A stretch of 64,000 bases of DNA from Acidimicrobiia bacterium (GTDB lineage Bacteria; Actinomycetota; Acidimicrobiia; IMCC26256; DASPTH01): contig JBBDHW010000027.1 in NCBI GenBank assembly GCA_040880805.1, positions 28,737 through 92,736 of the forward strand. The letters run 5' to 3'. The translations under genes and the position numbers were made by a program. The notes beneath the pieces were generated by a model. It was not told the DNA's origin, searched no databases, and was given only the letters and a program-made list of their open reading frames with translations. Positions within the stretch are counted from its first letter, which is position 1; each line of letters starts with the position of its first letter. Positions 37,941 to 46,862 of the stretch are shown in pieces.

Positions 37941-38767
37941 AGGCCTGCGCCCTCCTCACGCCCGCCGAGGAGCGCGGTGGCGCGCGCGGCGATCACGTCG
38001 TCGGGGATCGCCTCGAAGCCGGACACCGAGATCGCGGCGACGGTCGGGAAGATCCCGCGCACGATGTCGGGGCCGCCGGTGGCCGTGTCCTCGTCGGCGG
38101 CGGCGAACAACGCCCGCAGCGAGAGATCGACCACGTCGTCGCGGGTCATGCCCTCGCTCCACGCAGCCTTGATCCAGTTGCGCGCGTGCACGCCGCCGGA
38201 GCCGTTGGTCTGGAAGTCGGCTTCCTCGTACTTGCCGCCGGTGGCGTCGTAGCTGAACACGCGCCCGCGCGCCCGGCGGTCGTCGTAACCGGCGAAGAGC
38301 GGGACGACAACGAAGCCCTGCATCGCCGCGGGGAGGTTGGCTCGCACGAGCTGGCCGAGCTGGTTCGCTTTGCCCTCGAGCGAGAGGATCTCGCCCTCGA
38401 TCTTCTCGTAGTGCTCGAGCTGTACCTGGAAGAGCTTGACCAGCTCGACAGCCGGCCCGGCCGCTCCCGCGATGGCGACGCCGGAGTAGTCGTCGGCCGC
38501 GAACACCTTCTCCACGCGGCGGTTGGCGATCGTGTAGCCCGCCGTGGCCCGACGGTCGCCGGCCATCACGACGCCGCCGTCGTAGCGGACCGCGAGCACG
38601 GTGGTGCCGTGCACGATCTCGACGGCTCCCGTGGCGGGCGAGTCGAGCCCGGCGCTCGGCAGGTTCTCGGGCGCGACCCGGCGGAGGAGGTCGACGAACG
38701 ACGACCCCGGCCCGCGCCCGAACCCGTATGGAGGGGGCCCGAACGAGGGAGGAGATGACTCGAACAT
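37937..38767 (-). CDS. prcB: Proteasome beta subunit (with propeptide)
   Basis: A propeptide is followed by 'HGTTVLAVRYDGGVVMAGDRRATAG' (G/T processing site, catalytic Thr). Confidence 0.95.
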   Translation of the reverse strand: MFESSPPSFGPPPYGFGRGPGSSFVDLLRRVAPENLPSAGLDSPATGAVEIVHGTTVLAVRYDGGVVMAGDRRATAGYTIANRRVEKVFAADDYSGVAIAGAAGPAVELVKLFQVQLEHYEKIEGEILSLEGKANQLGQLVRANLPAAMQGFVVVPLFAGYDDRRARGRVFSYDATGGKYEEADFQTNGSGGVHARNWIKAAWSEGMTRDDVVDLSLRALFAAADEDTATGGPDIVRGIFPTVAAISVSGFEAIPDDVIAARATALLGGREEGAGL

Positions 38768-38778
38768 CGCGGGCGAGC

Positions 38779-39234
38779 CTATACGGACGTTGTACGCAAC
38801 TCCCCCGCCCGCTTGCGAGCACGGTCGCGGAGCTCGCGCGCCTCAGGATCGTGTGTGCCGAGGTACGCGGCGGCGTTCACCAGCGAGTCGATCGAGTCCT
38901 TGAACTGCCCGAGCCCGCCATTGCAGTTGAAGCACAGGATCCCGCGGACCGCGCCGGTGTCGTGACTGTGAGCGACGTGCTCGGGATCTTCCTTGCCGCA
39001 GATCGCGCACACCCCACCCTGCTGGACGACGAGCGCATCAAAGTCGTCCGCGCCGATGCCGTAGCGACGCTTGAGGTGGTAGTGCCGACTGCCGCCGTAC
39101 AGGCGTTGCTTCGATTCCTTGCCACGCGCGTTGTGGCAGACCTTGCACTCCGATCGGTGGCCGTCCCTCATGCCAGCCGCTCGGTAGAACTCGGAGTAGG
39201 GCTTGGCCTCGCCGCATTTCTTGCAGCGTTTCAT
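38779..39234 (-). CDS. Recombination endonuclease VII-domain protein (HNH-type)
   Basis: 'CKKCGEAKPYSEF...HRSECKVCHNAR' plus 'GVCAICGKEDPEHVAHSHDTGAVRGILCFNCNGGLGQFKD' fits the Endonuclease_7 pattern. It sits between pup and prcB. Confidence 0.8.
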   Translation of the reverse strand: MKRCKKCGEAKPYSEFYRAAGMRDGHRSECKVCHNARGKESKQRLYGGSRHYHLKRRYGIGADDFDALVVQQGGVCAICGKEDPEHVAHSHDTGAVRGILCFNCNGGLGQFKDSIDSLVNAAAYLGTHDPEARELRDRARKRAGELRTTSV

Positions 39235-39283
39235 GCCCCAATTGTACGGAAAGGGTATGACACCTACGTCTTGTGGATAACTT

Positions 39284-39478
39284 TCATTGGCCGCCCTTCT
39301 GTACGTACGATTTTACAAATTCCTCTGCGTTGGCCTCGAGCACGGAGTCGATCTCGTCCAGGAGATCGTCGAGCTCTTCCTTCAACTCCTCGCCCTGCTT
39401 CGCCGGCGCGGCGACATCGACCTCTTCCTCGACGCGCTCCTTCGGAGCCGATCGCTGCTTCCGCTCACGCTCGGGCAT
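39284..39478 (-). CDS. pup: Prokaryotic ubiquitin-like protein Pup
   Basis: 64 aa from ATG 39478 (RBS gagagggag upstream). It ends '...[12 protein letters not shown]'; the C-terminal GGQ requires Dop deamidation. Confidence 0.95.
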   Translation of the reverse strand: MPERERKQRSAPKERVEEEVDVAAPAKQGEELKEELDDLLDEIDSVLEANAEEFVKSYVQKGGQ

Positions 39479-39496
39479 TGCGCAACTCCCTCTCAC

Positions 39497-40984
39497 TCAC
39501 TCCTGTAACCGGGCGACCAGTTCGGCGGGGCTGTTCACCTCGGCGAACAACGGCCCCACGTGTGCTTTCGTTCCCCGCAACGGTTCCATCATCGGTATCC
39601 GCCGCAACGGATCTGAGCCTACGTCGAGGATCACACTGTCCCAGTTCGCCGCCACCACCGCGTCGGGCCAGCGCGTCAGGCACTCGCCCCGGAAGTAGGC
39701 GCGGGTCGACGCCGGCGGCACCGTCATCGCCTCGACGACCTCGGCCTCGGTGACCATCCGCTCGATCTTGCCCGCCCGCACCAGCCGTTCGTACAGCGAG
39801 CGGTCGGGGCGCACATCGTGGTACTGGAGGTCGAGCAGCGCCAGCTTCGGGTCGGCCCACTCGAGCCCGTCGCGGTCGACGTAGGCCCGGAGGAGCGACC
39901 ACTTCGTGACCCAGTCGAGCTGGCCGTCGAGCGCGATCGGGTCGCGTTCGAGCTCGGTGAGCACCGCTTCCCAGCGCGCGAGCACCAGCGCGCCAACGTC
40001 GTCGCCCCCGCACGCGTCGAGCCCGATCTCGTCGGAGTACTTCTGCGCCAGGCGCAGGAACTCCCACTGCAACTCCACTGCGGTGAGCCGCCCGCCGTCG
40101 AGGAGCTCCACGGTTGCGTGGCACGTGGGGTCGTGGGAGACCGTGCGCATCGCCGCGACCGGACCGATGATCGACAGGTCCTTGGCGATGAAGTCGTCTT
40201 CGATCATCGCGAGCACGATCGCGGTGGTACCCACCTTGAGGAACGTTGCAACCTCGCAGAGGTTCGCGTCACCGACGATCACGTGCAGGCGTCGGTACCG
40301 TTGCGGGTCCGCGTGCGGCTCGTCGCGGGTGTTGATGATCGGGCGCTTCAGCGTGGTCTCGAGCCCCACTTCCTCTTCGAAGAAGTCGGCGCGCTGGCTG
40401 ATCTGGTAGTCGACGGCCGATGCGCCGTTCTCGGTGCCCACCTTCCCCGCGCCCGTGAACACCTGCCGGCTGCAGAACCACGGCAGCAGGTGACGCACGA
40501 GCGACGCGAACGGCACCGACCGGTCGACGAGATAGTTCTCGTGCGTGCCGTAGGAGTTGCCCTTGCTGTCGGAGTTGTTCTTGTAGACGACGATCTCCTG
40601 GCCCGCGCCGATGAGGCGGCTGGCGGCGTGCATCGACCGGGCGAGGATGCGCTCCCCCGCCTTGTCGGCGCACACGAGCTCCAGCGCGTTCGCGCACTCG
40701 GGAGTGGAGTACTCGGGGTGCGCGTGGTCGACGTAGTAGCGCGCGCCGTTGGTGAGCACGGTGTTCACGAGGTGGGTCTCGATCTCAGGGGGCATGGCGC
40801 CCTCACGCGCGAAGCCGCGCGCATCACGCCCCGGCGATTCGTCTTCGAAGTTCCAGCCGATGCGGTGCCCCTCGACGTAGCCGTTGATGAGCATCGACGA
40901 CGCGAGCACCGGGTTGGGATCGGCCGCGCCGCGGAGCACCACTCCGTACTCGGTCTCGATCCCGCACACCTTGGCGATCGCCAC
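39497..40984 (-). CDS. dop: Pup deamidase/depupylase Dop
   Basis: 'KVCGIETEYGV...GARYYVDHAHPEYSTPEC', 495 aa. PafA paralogue located immediately upstream of pup. Confidence 0.95.
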   Translation of the reverse strand: MAIAKVCGIETEYGVVLRGAADPNPVLASSMLINGYVEGHRIGWNFEDESPGRDARGFAREGAMPPEIETHLVNTVLTNGARYYVDHAHPEYSTPECANALELVCADKAGERILARSMHAASRLIGAGQEIVVYKNNSDSKGNSYGTHENYLVDRSVPFASLVRHLLPWFCSRQVFTGAGKVGTENGASAVDYQISQRADFFEEEVGLETTLKRPIINTRDEPHADPQRYRRLHVIVGDANLCEVATFLKVGTTAIVLAMIEDDFIAKDLSIIGPVAAMRTVSHDPTCHATVELLDGGRLTAVELQWEFLRLAQKYSDEIGLDACGGDDVGALVLARWEAVLTELERDPIALDGQLDWVTKWSLLRAYVDRDGLEWADPKLALLDLQYHDVRPDRSLYERLVRAGKIERMVTEAEVVEAMTVPPASTRAYFRGECLTRWPDAVVAANWDSVILDVGSDPLRRIPMMEPLRGTKAHVGPLFAEVNSPAELVARLQE

Positions 40985-41021
40985 AAGCCGAGCCTACCGG
41001 CCCCTACGAGCGATCCGGGCG

Positions 41022-42791
41022 TTACAGGTACTGACCGGTACTGACGCGCTCGATCTGGCGACCGCCGTGCTCTTCCGAACCGTCGGACATGAGCGTGCGC
41101 ACGAACACGATGCGCTCGCCCTTCTTGCCCGAGATCTTCGCCCAATCGTCCGGGTTCGTCGTGTTCGGGAGATCCTCGTGCTCGCGGAACTCCTGGCGGA
41201 TCGAATCGAGCAGGTCCTGCGTGGAGATGCCCTTGTCGCCGCCTGCGATCTGCCGCTTGATCGACAGCTTCTTCGCGCGCCGCACCATGTTCTCGATCAT
41301 GGCGCCCGACGAGAAGTCCTTGAAGTAGAGGACCTCCTTGTCGCCGTTCTGGTACGTGACCTCGAGGAAGCGGTTGGCGTCGTCGACTGAATACATGCGC
41401 GCGACGGCGGCTTCGATCATTTTCTCGACGGCCGTCGTGGGCTCGCCGTGCTGTGCGGTCTCCTCGTCGGCGATCGGCAGATCGGGCGTGAGGTACTGGG
41501 CGAAGATCTGCTTCGCGCTGTCTTCGTTCGGGCGTTCGATCTTGATCTTCACGTCGAGGCGGCCCGGACGCAGGATCGCGGGGTCGATGAGATCCTCGCG
41601 GTTCGAAGCACCGATCACGATCACGTTCTTCAAGCTCTCGACGCCGTCGATCTCGGCGAGGAGCTGCGGCACGATCGTGCTCTCGATGTCGGACGAGATT
41701 CCGGTGCCGCGGGTGCGGAACAGGGAGTCCATCTCGTCGAAGAACACGATGACCGGGTTGCCCTCCTCGGACTTTTCGCGCGCACGCTGGAAGATCAAGC
41801 GGATCTGGCGCTCGGTCTCACCGACGTACTTGTTGAGCAGCTCAGGGCCCTTGATGTTGAGGAAGTACGAGCGCGCCTCGGCGTTGCCGGTCTTCTCCGC
41901 GACGCGGTGGGCGAGCGAGTTGGCAACCGCTTTCGCGATGAGCGTCTTGCCGCAGCCGGGCGGACCGTAGAGGAGGATGCCCTTCGGCGCTTGCAGCCGA
42001 TGCTCGAGGAACATCTCCGAGTAGAGGTACGGCAGCTCGACTGCGTCTTGGATCTGCTCGATCTGCTCGTCGAGACCGCCGACGTCGGCGTAGGTGATGT
42101 CGGGAACCTCCTCGAGCACGAGCTCCTCGACCTCGGGGCGGGGCAGCCGCTCGGTGAGCAGGCTCGAACGCGGGTCCATCAGGACGTGGTCACCGGCGCG
42201 CAGCTTCACGCCGATCAACGCCTCGGAGAGCTCGCACACGCGCTCTTCGTCGGCGCGGCCGATCACGAGCGCGCGGTCGCCGCTCGCCAAGATCTCCTTG
42301 AGCACGACGACCTCGCCCGAAACGTCGGCGCCCCGCGCGAGCACGACGCTCAGCGATTCGTTGAGCGCGACCTCGGCACCGCTGCGGATGCCGTCGAGGT
42401 CGACTTCCGGGTGGACGGACACCCGCATCTTGCGGCCGGCGGTCATGATGTCGACGGTGCCGTCGTCGTTGGCGCCGACGTAGGTGCCGTAGGCCGACGG
42501 CGGCATCGTGAGCTTCTCGACTTCTTCGCGCAGCGCCGCGATGTGCTCGCGCGCCTCGCGGAGCGTGGCGGAGAGGCGCTCGTTCTGCGAGACGGCTTGG
42601 GCGAGCTGGCCCTTCGTCTCGAGGACGCGCTCCTCGAGGGTCCGCACCCGCTTCGGAGCGTCCTGCAGCCGGCGGCGCAGGACCACGACCTCTTCTTCGA
42701 GAGTCTTCAGCTGCGACTGGAGATCGCCCACTTGGCGCTCGTACTCGGCCAGCCGCCGCTCGTGCTCTGAAGCCACGTAGGTCACCTCCAT
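41022..42791 (-). CDS. mpa: Proteasome-associated AAA ATPase (Mpa/ARC)
   Basis: Coiled-coil N-terminus, Walker A '[18 protein letters not shown]', and the C-terminal 'TGQYL' proteasome-docking motif. Start is ATG 42791 (or GTG 42797); the 99-codon upstream extension of the ORF covers repeat E and was rejected. Confidence 0.95.
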   Translation of the reverse strand: MEVTYVASEHERRLAEYERQVGDLQSQLKTLEEEVVVLRRRLQDAPKRVRTLEERVLETKGQLAQAVSQNERLSATLREAREHIAALREEVEKLTMPPSAYGTYVGANDDGTVDIMTAGRKMRVSVHPEVDLDGIRSGAEVALNESLSVVLARGADVSGEVVVLKEILASGDRALVIGRADEERVCELSEALIGVKLRAGDHVLMDPRSSLLTERLPRPEVEELVLEEVPDITYADVGGLDEQIEQIQDAVELPYLYSEMFLEHRLQAPKGILLYGPPGCGKTLIAKAVANSLAHRVAEKTGNAEARSYFLNIKGPELLNKYVGETERQIRLIFQRAREKSEEGNPVIVFFDEMDSLFRTRGTGISSDIESTIVPQLLAEIDGVESLKNVIVIGASNREDLIDPAILRPGRLDVKIKIERPNEDSAKQIFAQYLTPDLPIADEETAQHGEPTTAVEKMIEAAVARMYSVDDANRFLEVTYQNGDKEVLYFKDFSSGAMIENMVRRAKKLSIKRQIAGGDKGISTQDLLDSIRQEFREHEDLPNTTNPDDWAKISGKKGERIVFVRTLMSDGSEEHGGRQIERVSTGQYL

Positions 42792-42873
42792 CTTCACGCT
42801 CTCGGCGCCTTCGGCGCCGGGCCGCTCAGGCCCCGCTTCGGTGCTCGGCGGGGTACCCGCCTCGCGGACCCTC
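42792..42873 (-). repeat. Three-hairpin GC-rich intergenic repeat, copy E
   Basis: Minus-strand reading: GGCGGG-tac-CCCGCC ... GGGCC-tgagc-GGCCC GGCGCC-gaa-GGCGCC gagagcgtgaag ATG (the mpa start). Confidence 0.85.
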
Positions 42874-43086
42874 ACCTCCAGGAACGCTGCCGGGGGCCTC
42901 GCGTCGGACCTTACACCGGCACTTCGGCAGGTCTGTGCCACCTTTCGGCGACGTGGTGTGACCCCCTCAGATTTCCCCTGCTTTGGCTTGAGAAATCCCC
43001 CTGCGCCAACTACGCTGGGGATCTCGACCGGCTGCCCTTGACTGGCCGTCCCGGCCCACGTTCGGCCCATGTTTCGGAAGGACACC

Positions 43087-43323
43087 ATGAAGGTCTGGAT
43101 CGATCAGGACCTCTGTACCGGCGATGGTCTCTGTGAGGAGATCGCCCCGGCGGTCTTCACCCTCCTCGACGACGGCCTCGCCTACGTCAAACAGGGCGAC
43201 AAGGTCTTCAGCGACCCCGGCGGAGCCGTTGGTCTGGCCGACGTGCCCGGGGGCATGGAGGAGGCCGTGATCGAGTCGGCCGAGGAGTGCCCCGGCGAGT
43301 GCATCTTCATCGAGGTCGACTGA
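43087..43323 (+). CDS. Small ferredoxin (3Fe-4S/4Fe-4S single-cluster type)
   Basis: '[24 protein letters not shown]...[10 protein letters not shown]'. RBS ggaagga precedes ATG 43087. Confidence 0.85.
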   Translation: MKVWIDQDLCTGDGLCEEIAPAVFTLLDDGLAYVKQGDKVFSDPGGAVGLADVPGGMEEAVIESAEECPGECIFIEVD

Positions 43324-43347
43324 GCCGGCGGAGTTCGCTCCCCGCGT

Positions 43348-43386
43348 GAACGATCCGGGCCGGTAGCCCGGGTCGTTCTGTTCTTG
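43348..43386 (+). terminator. Intrinsic terminator downstream of the ferredoxin gene
   Basis: 13-bp stem GAACGATCCGGGC / GCCCGGGTCGTTC (one G-U pair), loop cggta, then the T-rich tail tgttcttg. It lies 25 nt after the stop codon. Confidence 0.65.
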
Positions 43387-43623
43387 CGTTCCGCATGACG
43401 CAGCGGTCGACGACTTGTGCTCTTCGCGTTGAAGTGTGGAGGACCGTCGCGCGGCACACGGCCGAGGCGCGGCGTGCCGGGCCGTTCCCGCGACAGCGCC
43501 TGGCTGAGTACCGGGCCCGCCTCACCGACGGCCTTCGGCAATGTTGTGAGCCGGGTGTGGCCGATCCGACGAGAACGTACGATGTTCGTCGTTGTCTTGA
43601 TCACGGAAAGACGAACAACTCGG

Positions 43624-44769
43624 ATGCCCGCATCGCGTACCGGGCGAGTCGGCAGAGTCGTGGCGCTCGCGGCGGCCGTCACCTTCGTGGCCGGGGCCGG
43701 GTGCGTCTCCGCCACCCGCGGAGCCCGGAGGAGCGTTGCAGTTCGGCTGAACGATCTGCAGGTCGTGGGAACACACAACAGCTACCACGTCGAGCCTGCA
43801 TCCGCTGCGCTCAACGTGATCACGAGCGTCGACCCCGAACTGATCAACCTCGCGGTGACGCATCCGCGGCTCGCGACGCAGCTCGGGCACGAAGCGGTGC
43901 GGCAAGTCGAGCTCGACGTGTTCGCGGATCCCGACGGGACGCTCTGGCGCCCGCTCGGAACGCCGGGCTTCAAGGTATTCCACATGGAGCAGGTCGATAT
44001 GGGCTCGACGTGCGAGACGTTCGTGGTCTGCCTGGGGGCGCTTCAGCACTGGTCGGACGCGCATCCGAGCCACCTACCCGTCTTCGTGCTCGTGCAACCG
44101 AAAGGCGAGGTGGTTCTCCCGGGCCCGCCCAACCCCGTGCCGCTCACGACAGGGATCCTCGACGCTCTCGACGCGGAGATCCGCTTGGTGATGAAGCCGA
44201 GTGATTTGATCACTCCCGACCGAGTGCGCGGGAAGAGTCCCACGGTCGAGGTGGCTGTGCTCGCCAACGGATGGACCAAGCTCCACGACGCGCGCGGCAA
44301 GTTCGTGTTCCTCCTGCTTCCCGAGTTCCGGGATCTGTACATCGAGGATCATCCGAACCTCGAAGGGCGCGTGATGTTCCCGGCCGCGACCCCCGGGCAG
44401 CCCGACGCGGCATTCATCCAAGTCGACGACCCGCGTGGGGCGAACGAGGCGACGATCAGCGACCTCGTCCGGAAGGGGTACCTGGTTCGCACGCGAGCCG
44501 ACGAGGCCGTCGTGACACCCCGATCCGGCGACCCGACGCAGCGCGACGCAGCGTTCGCGAGCGGCGCGCAGATCGTGAGCACGGACTACCCGGTACGGGG
44601 GCTCGCGGCCCGGTGGGGTTCCGACTACGTGGCACAACTCCCGGGCGGCGTCCTCGCCCGCTGCAATCCGATCCGCGCTCCACGGGCGTGCCGGGCGCGC
44701 GACCTCATGGAGCCGGGGATCAGCCGAGGCGCAAAGAAGTCTCGAGCGGCTCGAGGAGGGCTGCCTTGA
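43624..44769 (+). CDS. PI-PLC X-domain-like phosphodiesterase, probable lipoprotein
   Basis: A signal/lipobox-like 'VALAAAVTFVAGAGC' is followed by 'VVGTHNSYH', the PI-PLC catalytic His motif. ATG 43624; the upstream part of the ORF was rejected. Confidence 0.55.
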   Translation: MPASRTGRVGRVVALAAAVTFVAGAGCVSATRGARRSVAVRLNDLQVVGTHNSYHVEPASAALNVITSVDPELINLAVTHPRLATQLGHEAVRQVELDVFADPDGTLWRPLGTPGFKVFHMEQVDMGSTCETFVVCLGALQHWSDAHPSHLPVFVLVQPKGEVVLPGPPNPVPLTTGILDALDAEIRLVMKPSDLITPDRVRGKSPTVEVAVLANGWTKLHDARGKFVFLLLPEFRDLYIEDHPNLEGRVMFPAATPGQPDAAFIQVDDPRGANEATISDLVRKGYLVRTRADEAVVTPRSGDPTQRDAAFASGAQIVSTDYPVRGLAARWGSDYVAQLPGGVLARCNPIRAPRACRARDLMEPGISRGAKKSRAARGGLP

Positions 44770-44810
44770 CCGATGGGTATCGCCCGGCGATCACCGGTTG
44801 CCAGGAAACC

Positions 44811-44841
44811 GACGTCCCCGAAAGCCAATCATTCGGGCGTC
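44811..44841. terminator. Hairpin between convergent genes (possible bidirectional terminator)
   Basis: GACG(tc)CCCGAA-agccaatca-TTCGGGCGTC. On the minus strand it is followed by ggtttcc. It lies in the 127-nt gap between the PI-PLC-like and marP-like gene ends. Confidence 0.3.
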
Positions 44842-44896
44842 AAGAAAGTGAAACGGTGCGGCCCAGCGCTCCCCACTCGACCGCGTGGAGCCCGAA

Positions 44897-46078
44897 CTAT
44901 TCGGAGAGGCAGGCTCCGGTGGAGACGGGCTCGTGTCGTGCGCTCGAGAGCACCGGATCGAGCACGGCGTTCAACTCGGAATTGGTGAGGGCGTAGGCGG
45001 TGGTGGGGCGGCTCAGGTCGAACGCAAAGAGGACGCCGAGGACCTTGCCCTCTTGGTCGACGACCGGGGCGCCCGAGTCACCGGGCTCGGTGACGGCGGC
45101 GAGGACGAACACTTCGCGCCGCGTCGCGGCGGTGCGCTCGATGTTCGTGCCCTTGGCGACGATCTGCTCGGCGATGCGCATCGGCGACTCGCGCAACGGT
45201 CCACCCGCGGGGTGGCCGAAGAGCGATCCGCGGTCGTCGACATGACCGTCGCCGCGCGCGAGTGCCGGTAGGTGGAGTCCGGAGACCTCGAGCACCGCGA
45301 GGTCGCGGTCGGGGTCGAACGCGACCACGTCGGTCTCGAAGTGCGTCCCGTCGAGTGTGGAGATGCGCGTGCGCGACTCCCCGGCCACGACGTGCGCGTT
45401 CGTCACGATCAGGCCGGTACCGGCGACGAATCCGGTGCCCTCCTGCTCCCGGTCGCACGCAGCGCCTTCGACCTTCACGACCGAGCCGCTCACCCGCCGC
45501 CCGACCTCGGTTGGAATCCCGTGCTGCGGAGGCGAGCCCGCGTCGGGCGAGGTGAGGGTGTCGAAGACCTCGGGGAAGCTCTCGTCGCCGACGAGCCGGC
45601 CGAGCGTCTGGGCTTCGGAGGGCGGGTCGGGAGCGATCCGGTCGATCGCGCGCGCGACCGCCGAGTCGCGCACCGCGCGCGCCGGCCAGCCCGGCGAGCT
45701 TGCCAGCGCGGGGATGAGCAGCCACATCAGGGCGAGCACACCGGTGACGCCGACGATCGCGCCCGCGACACGGTCGCCCGTGTGCAGAGCGGGGCTCGCG
45801 CTGCGGCCGAAGTGTCGGTGCAGCGCCCCCCCGGACGCGTACCCGATCGCATGCCCGATGGTCGCGACGAGCAGCACGAACGCGAGCGCGCCGAGGAGTC
45901 GAGTGCGCGGCGGCGTCCCGCGTAACGCCTCGGCCACGTTGTCGACCAACACGACCGCGAGGACCACACCCGCGAGCAGCCCGCCCCACGACGCGACGCG
46001 CCGCACGAACCCCAATCGGTGGCCGATCCAGCCGGCTGCGACCGCAGCCGCGATGACCAGCAGGTCGAGGAAGTTCAC
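44897..46078 (-). CDS. MarP-like membrane serine protease (CvpA-type TM domain plus trypsin-like domain)
   Basis: GTG 46078 overlaps the trmI stop (GTGA). N-terminal TM helices; 'GTGFVAGTGLIVTNAHVVAG' (His box), 'DLAVLEV' (Asp), 'TEPGDSGAPVV' (Ser). Confidence 0.8.
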   Translation of the reverse strand: MNFLDLLVIAAAVAAGWIGHRLGFVRRVASWGGLLAGVVLAVVLVDNVAEALRGTPPRTRLLGALAFVLLVATIGHAIGYASGGALHRHFGRSASPALHTGDRVAGAIVGVTGVLALMWLLIPALASSPGWPARAVRDSAVARAIDRIAPDPPSEAQTLGRLVGDESFPEVFDTLTSPDAGSPPQHGIPTEVGRRVSGSVVKVEGAACDREQEGTGFVAGTGLIVTNAHVVAGESRTRISTLDGTHFETDVVAFDPDRDLAVLEVSGLHLPALARGDGHVDDRGSLFGHPAGGPLRESPMRIAEQIVAKGTNIERTAATRREVFVLAAVTEPGDSGAPVVDQEGKVLGVLFAFDLSRPTTAYALTNSELNAVLDPVLSSARHEPVSTGACLSE

Positions 46079-46860
46079 GCGCCGGGCGCGAGCAGCCGGG
46101 CGTGGGTGAGGAAGCCGGTGTGGGCGACCATCCGGTGGTCGGGTCGCACCGACTGGCCGTCGACGTGCCACGTTCGCTGCAGCACCTCGAGTGTCTCGAT
46201 CATGCCGAACGTGGATCCCGCGAGCTCCTCGCGCAGCCGCGCGACCTGGCCGATCGTGGGGAGGTACGCGAGCAGGATGCCGCCCGTGTGCATCGCCTCC
46301 TCGGCGTGCTTGACGACGCGCCACGGCTCGGGCAGATCGAGCAGCACGCGGTCGAGGGCGGTCGCGTCGATGCCCTCGTACACGTCGCGCACCTCGACCG
46401 TGAGCGGCAGGTCGGGTCCGAGGAAGCCCGCGACATTCGCCTGTGCGCGGCGCGCGAAGTCGTCGCGGATCTCGTAACCAGTGACGTGACCGGTGGTACC
46501 GATCGCGCGCAGGAGGGCGAGCGTGAGCGCGCCGGAGCCGACCCCGGATTCGAGCACCTGCGCACCGGGAAAGACGTCGGCGAGGATCAGGATCGGGCCG
46601 AGGTCCTTCGGGTAGATGACCTGCGCGCCGCGCGGCATCTCGAGCACGTACTCGGCCAGGGTCGGCCGGACCGCGACGAGCCGCGACCCGAGCGTGGTGC
46701 GCACGGTCGAGCCCTCGGGCGTGCCGATGAGCGCGTCGTGCTCGAGCACCCCGGTGTGCGTGTGGAACTGGCCCCCGACCGCGAGCGTGACGAGGTGACG
46801 GCGACGCTTGGCGTCGACGAGCAGCACGCGGTCGCCGGCGGCGAACGTTCGCGCCACCAC
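46075..46860 (-). CDS. trmI: tRNA (adenine58-N1)-methyltransferase
   Basis: 'GDRVLLVD.KRRRHLVTL..G..FHTHTGVLEHDALIG...GAQVIYPKDLGPILILADVFPGAQVLESGVGSGALTLALL' is GCD14/TrmI family. Neighbourhood as for Rv2118c near mpa. Confidence 0.85.
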   Translation of the reverse strand: MVARTFAAGDRVLLVDAKRRRHLVTLAVGGQFHTHTGVLEHDALIGTPEGSTVRTTLGSRLVAVRPTLAEYVLEMPRGAQVIYPKDLGPILILADVFPGAQVLESGVGSGALTLALLRAIGTTGHVTGYEIRDDFARRAQANVAGFLGPDLPLTVEVRDVYEGIDATALDRVLLDLPEPWRVVKHAEEAMHTGGILLAYLPTIGQVARLREELAGSTFGMIETLEVLQRTWHVDGQSVRPDHRMVAHTGFLTHARLLAPGA

Positions 46861-46862
46861 CC

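Noticed and set aside
42792-43088. 99-codon N-terminal extension of the mpa ORF (track start 43088)
   Set aside because: The extension runs through hairpin-repeat copy E and has non-protein-like composition. The Mpa coiled-coil begins right after ATG 42791.
43560-43623. Imperfect palindrome cgacgagaacgtacgatgttcgtcg and an upstream ATG (43573) as an alternative start or operator of the PI-PLC-like gene
   Set aside because: The arms pair only with a bulge. Starting at the upstream ATG adds a non-signal-like peptide (MFVVVLITERRTTR) before the lipoprotein signal. Evidence is insufficient either way.
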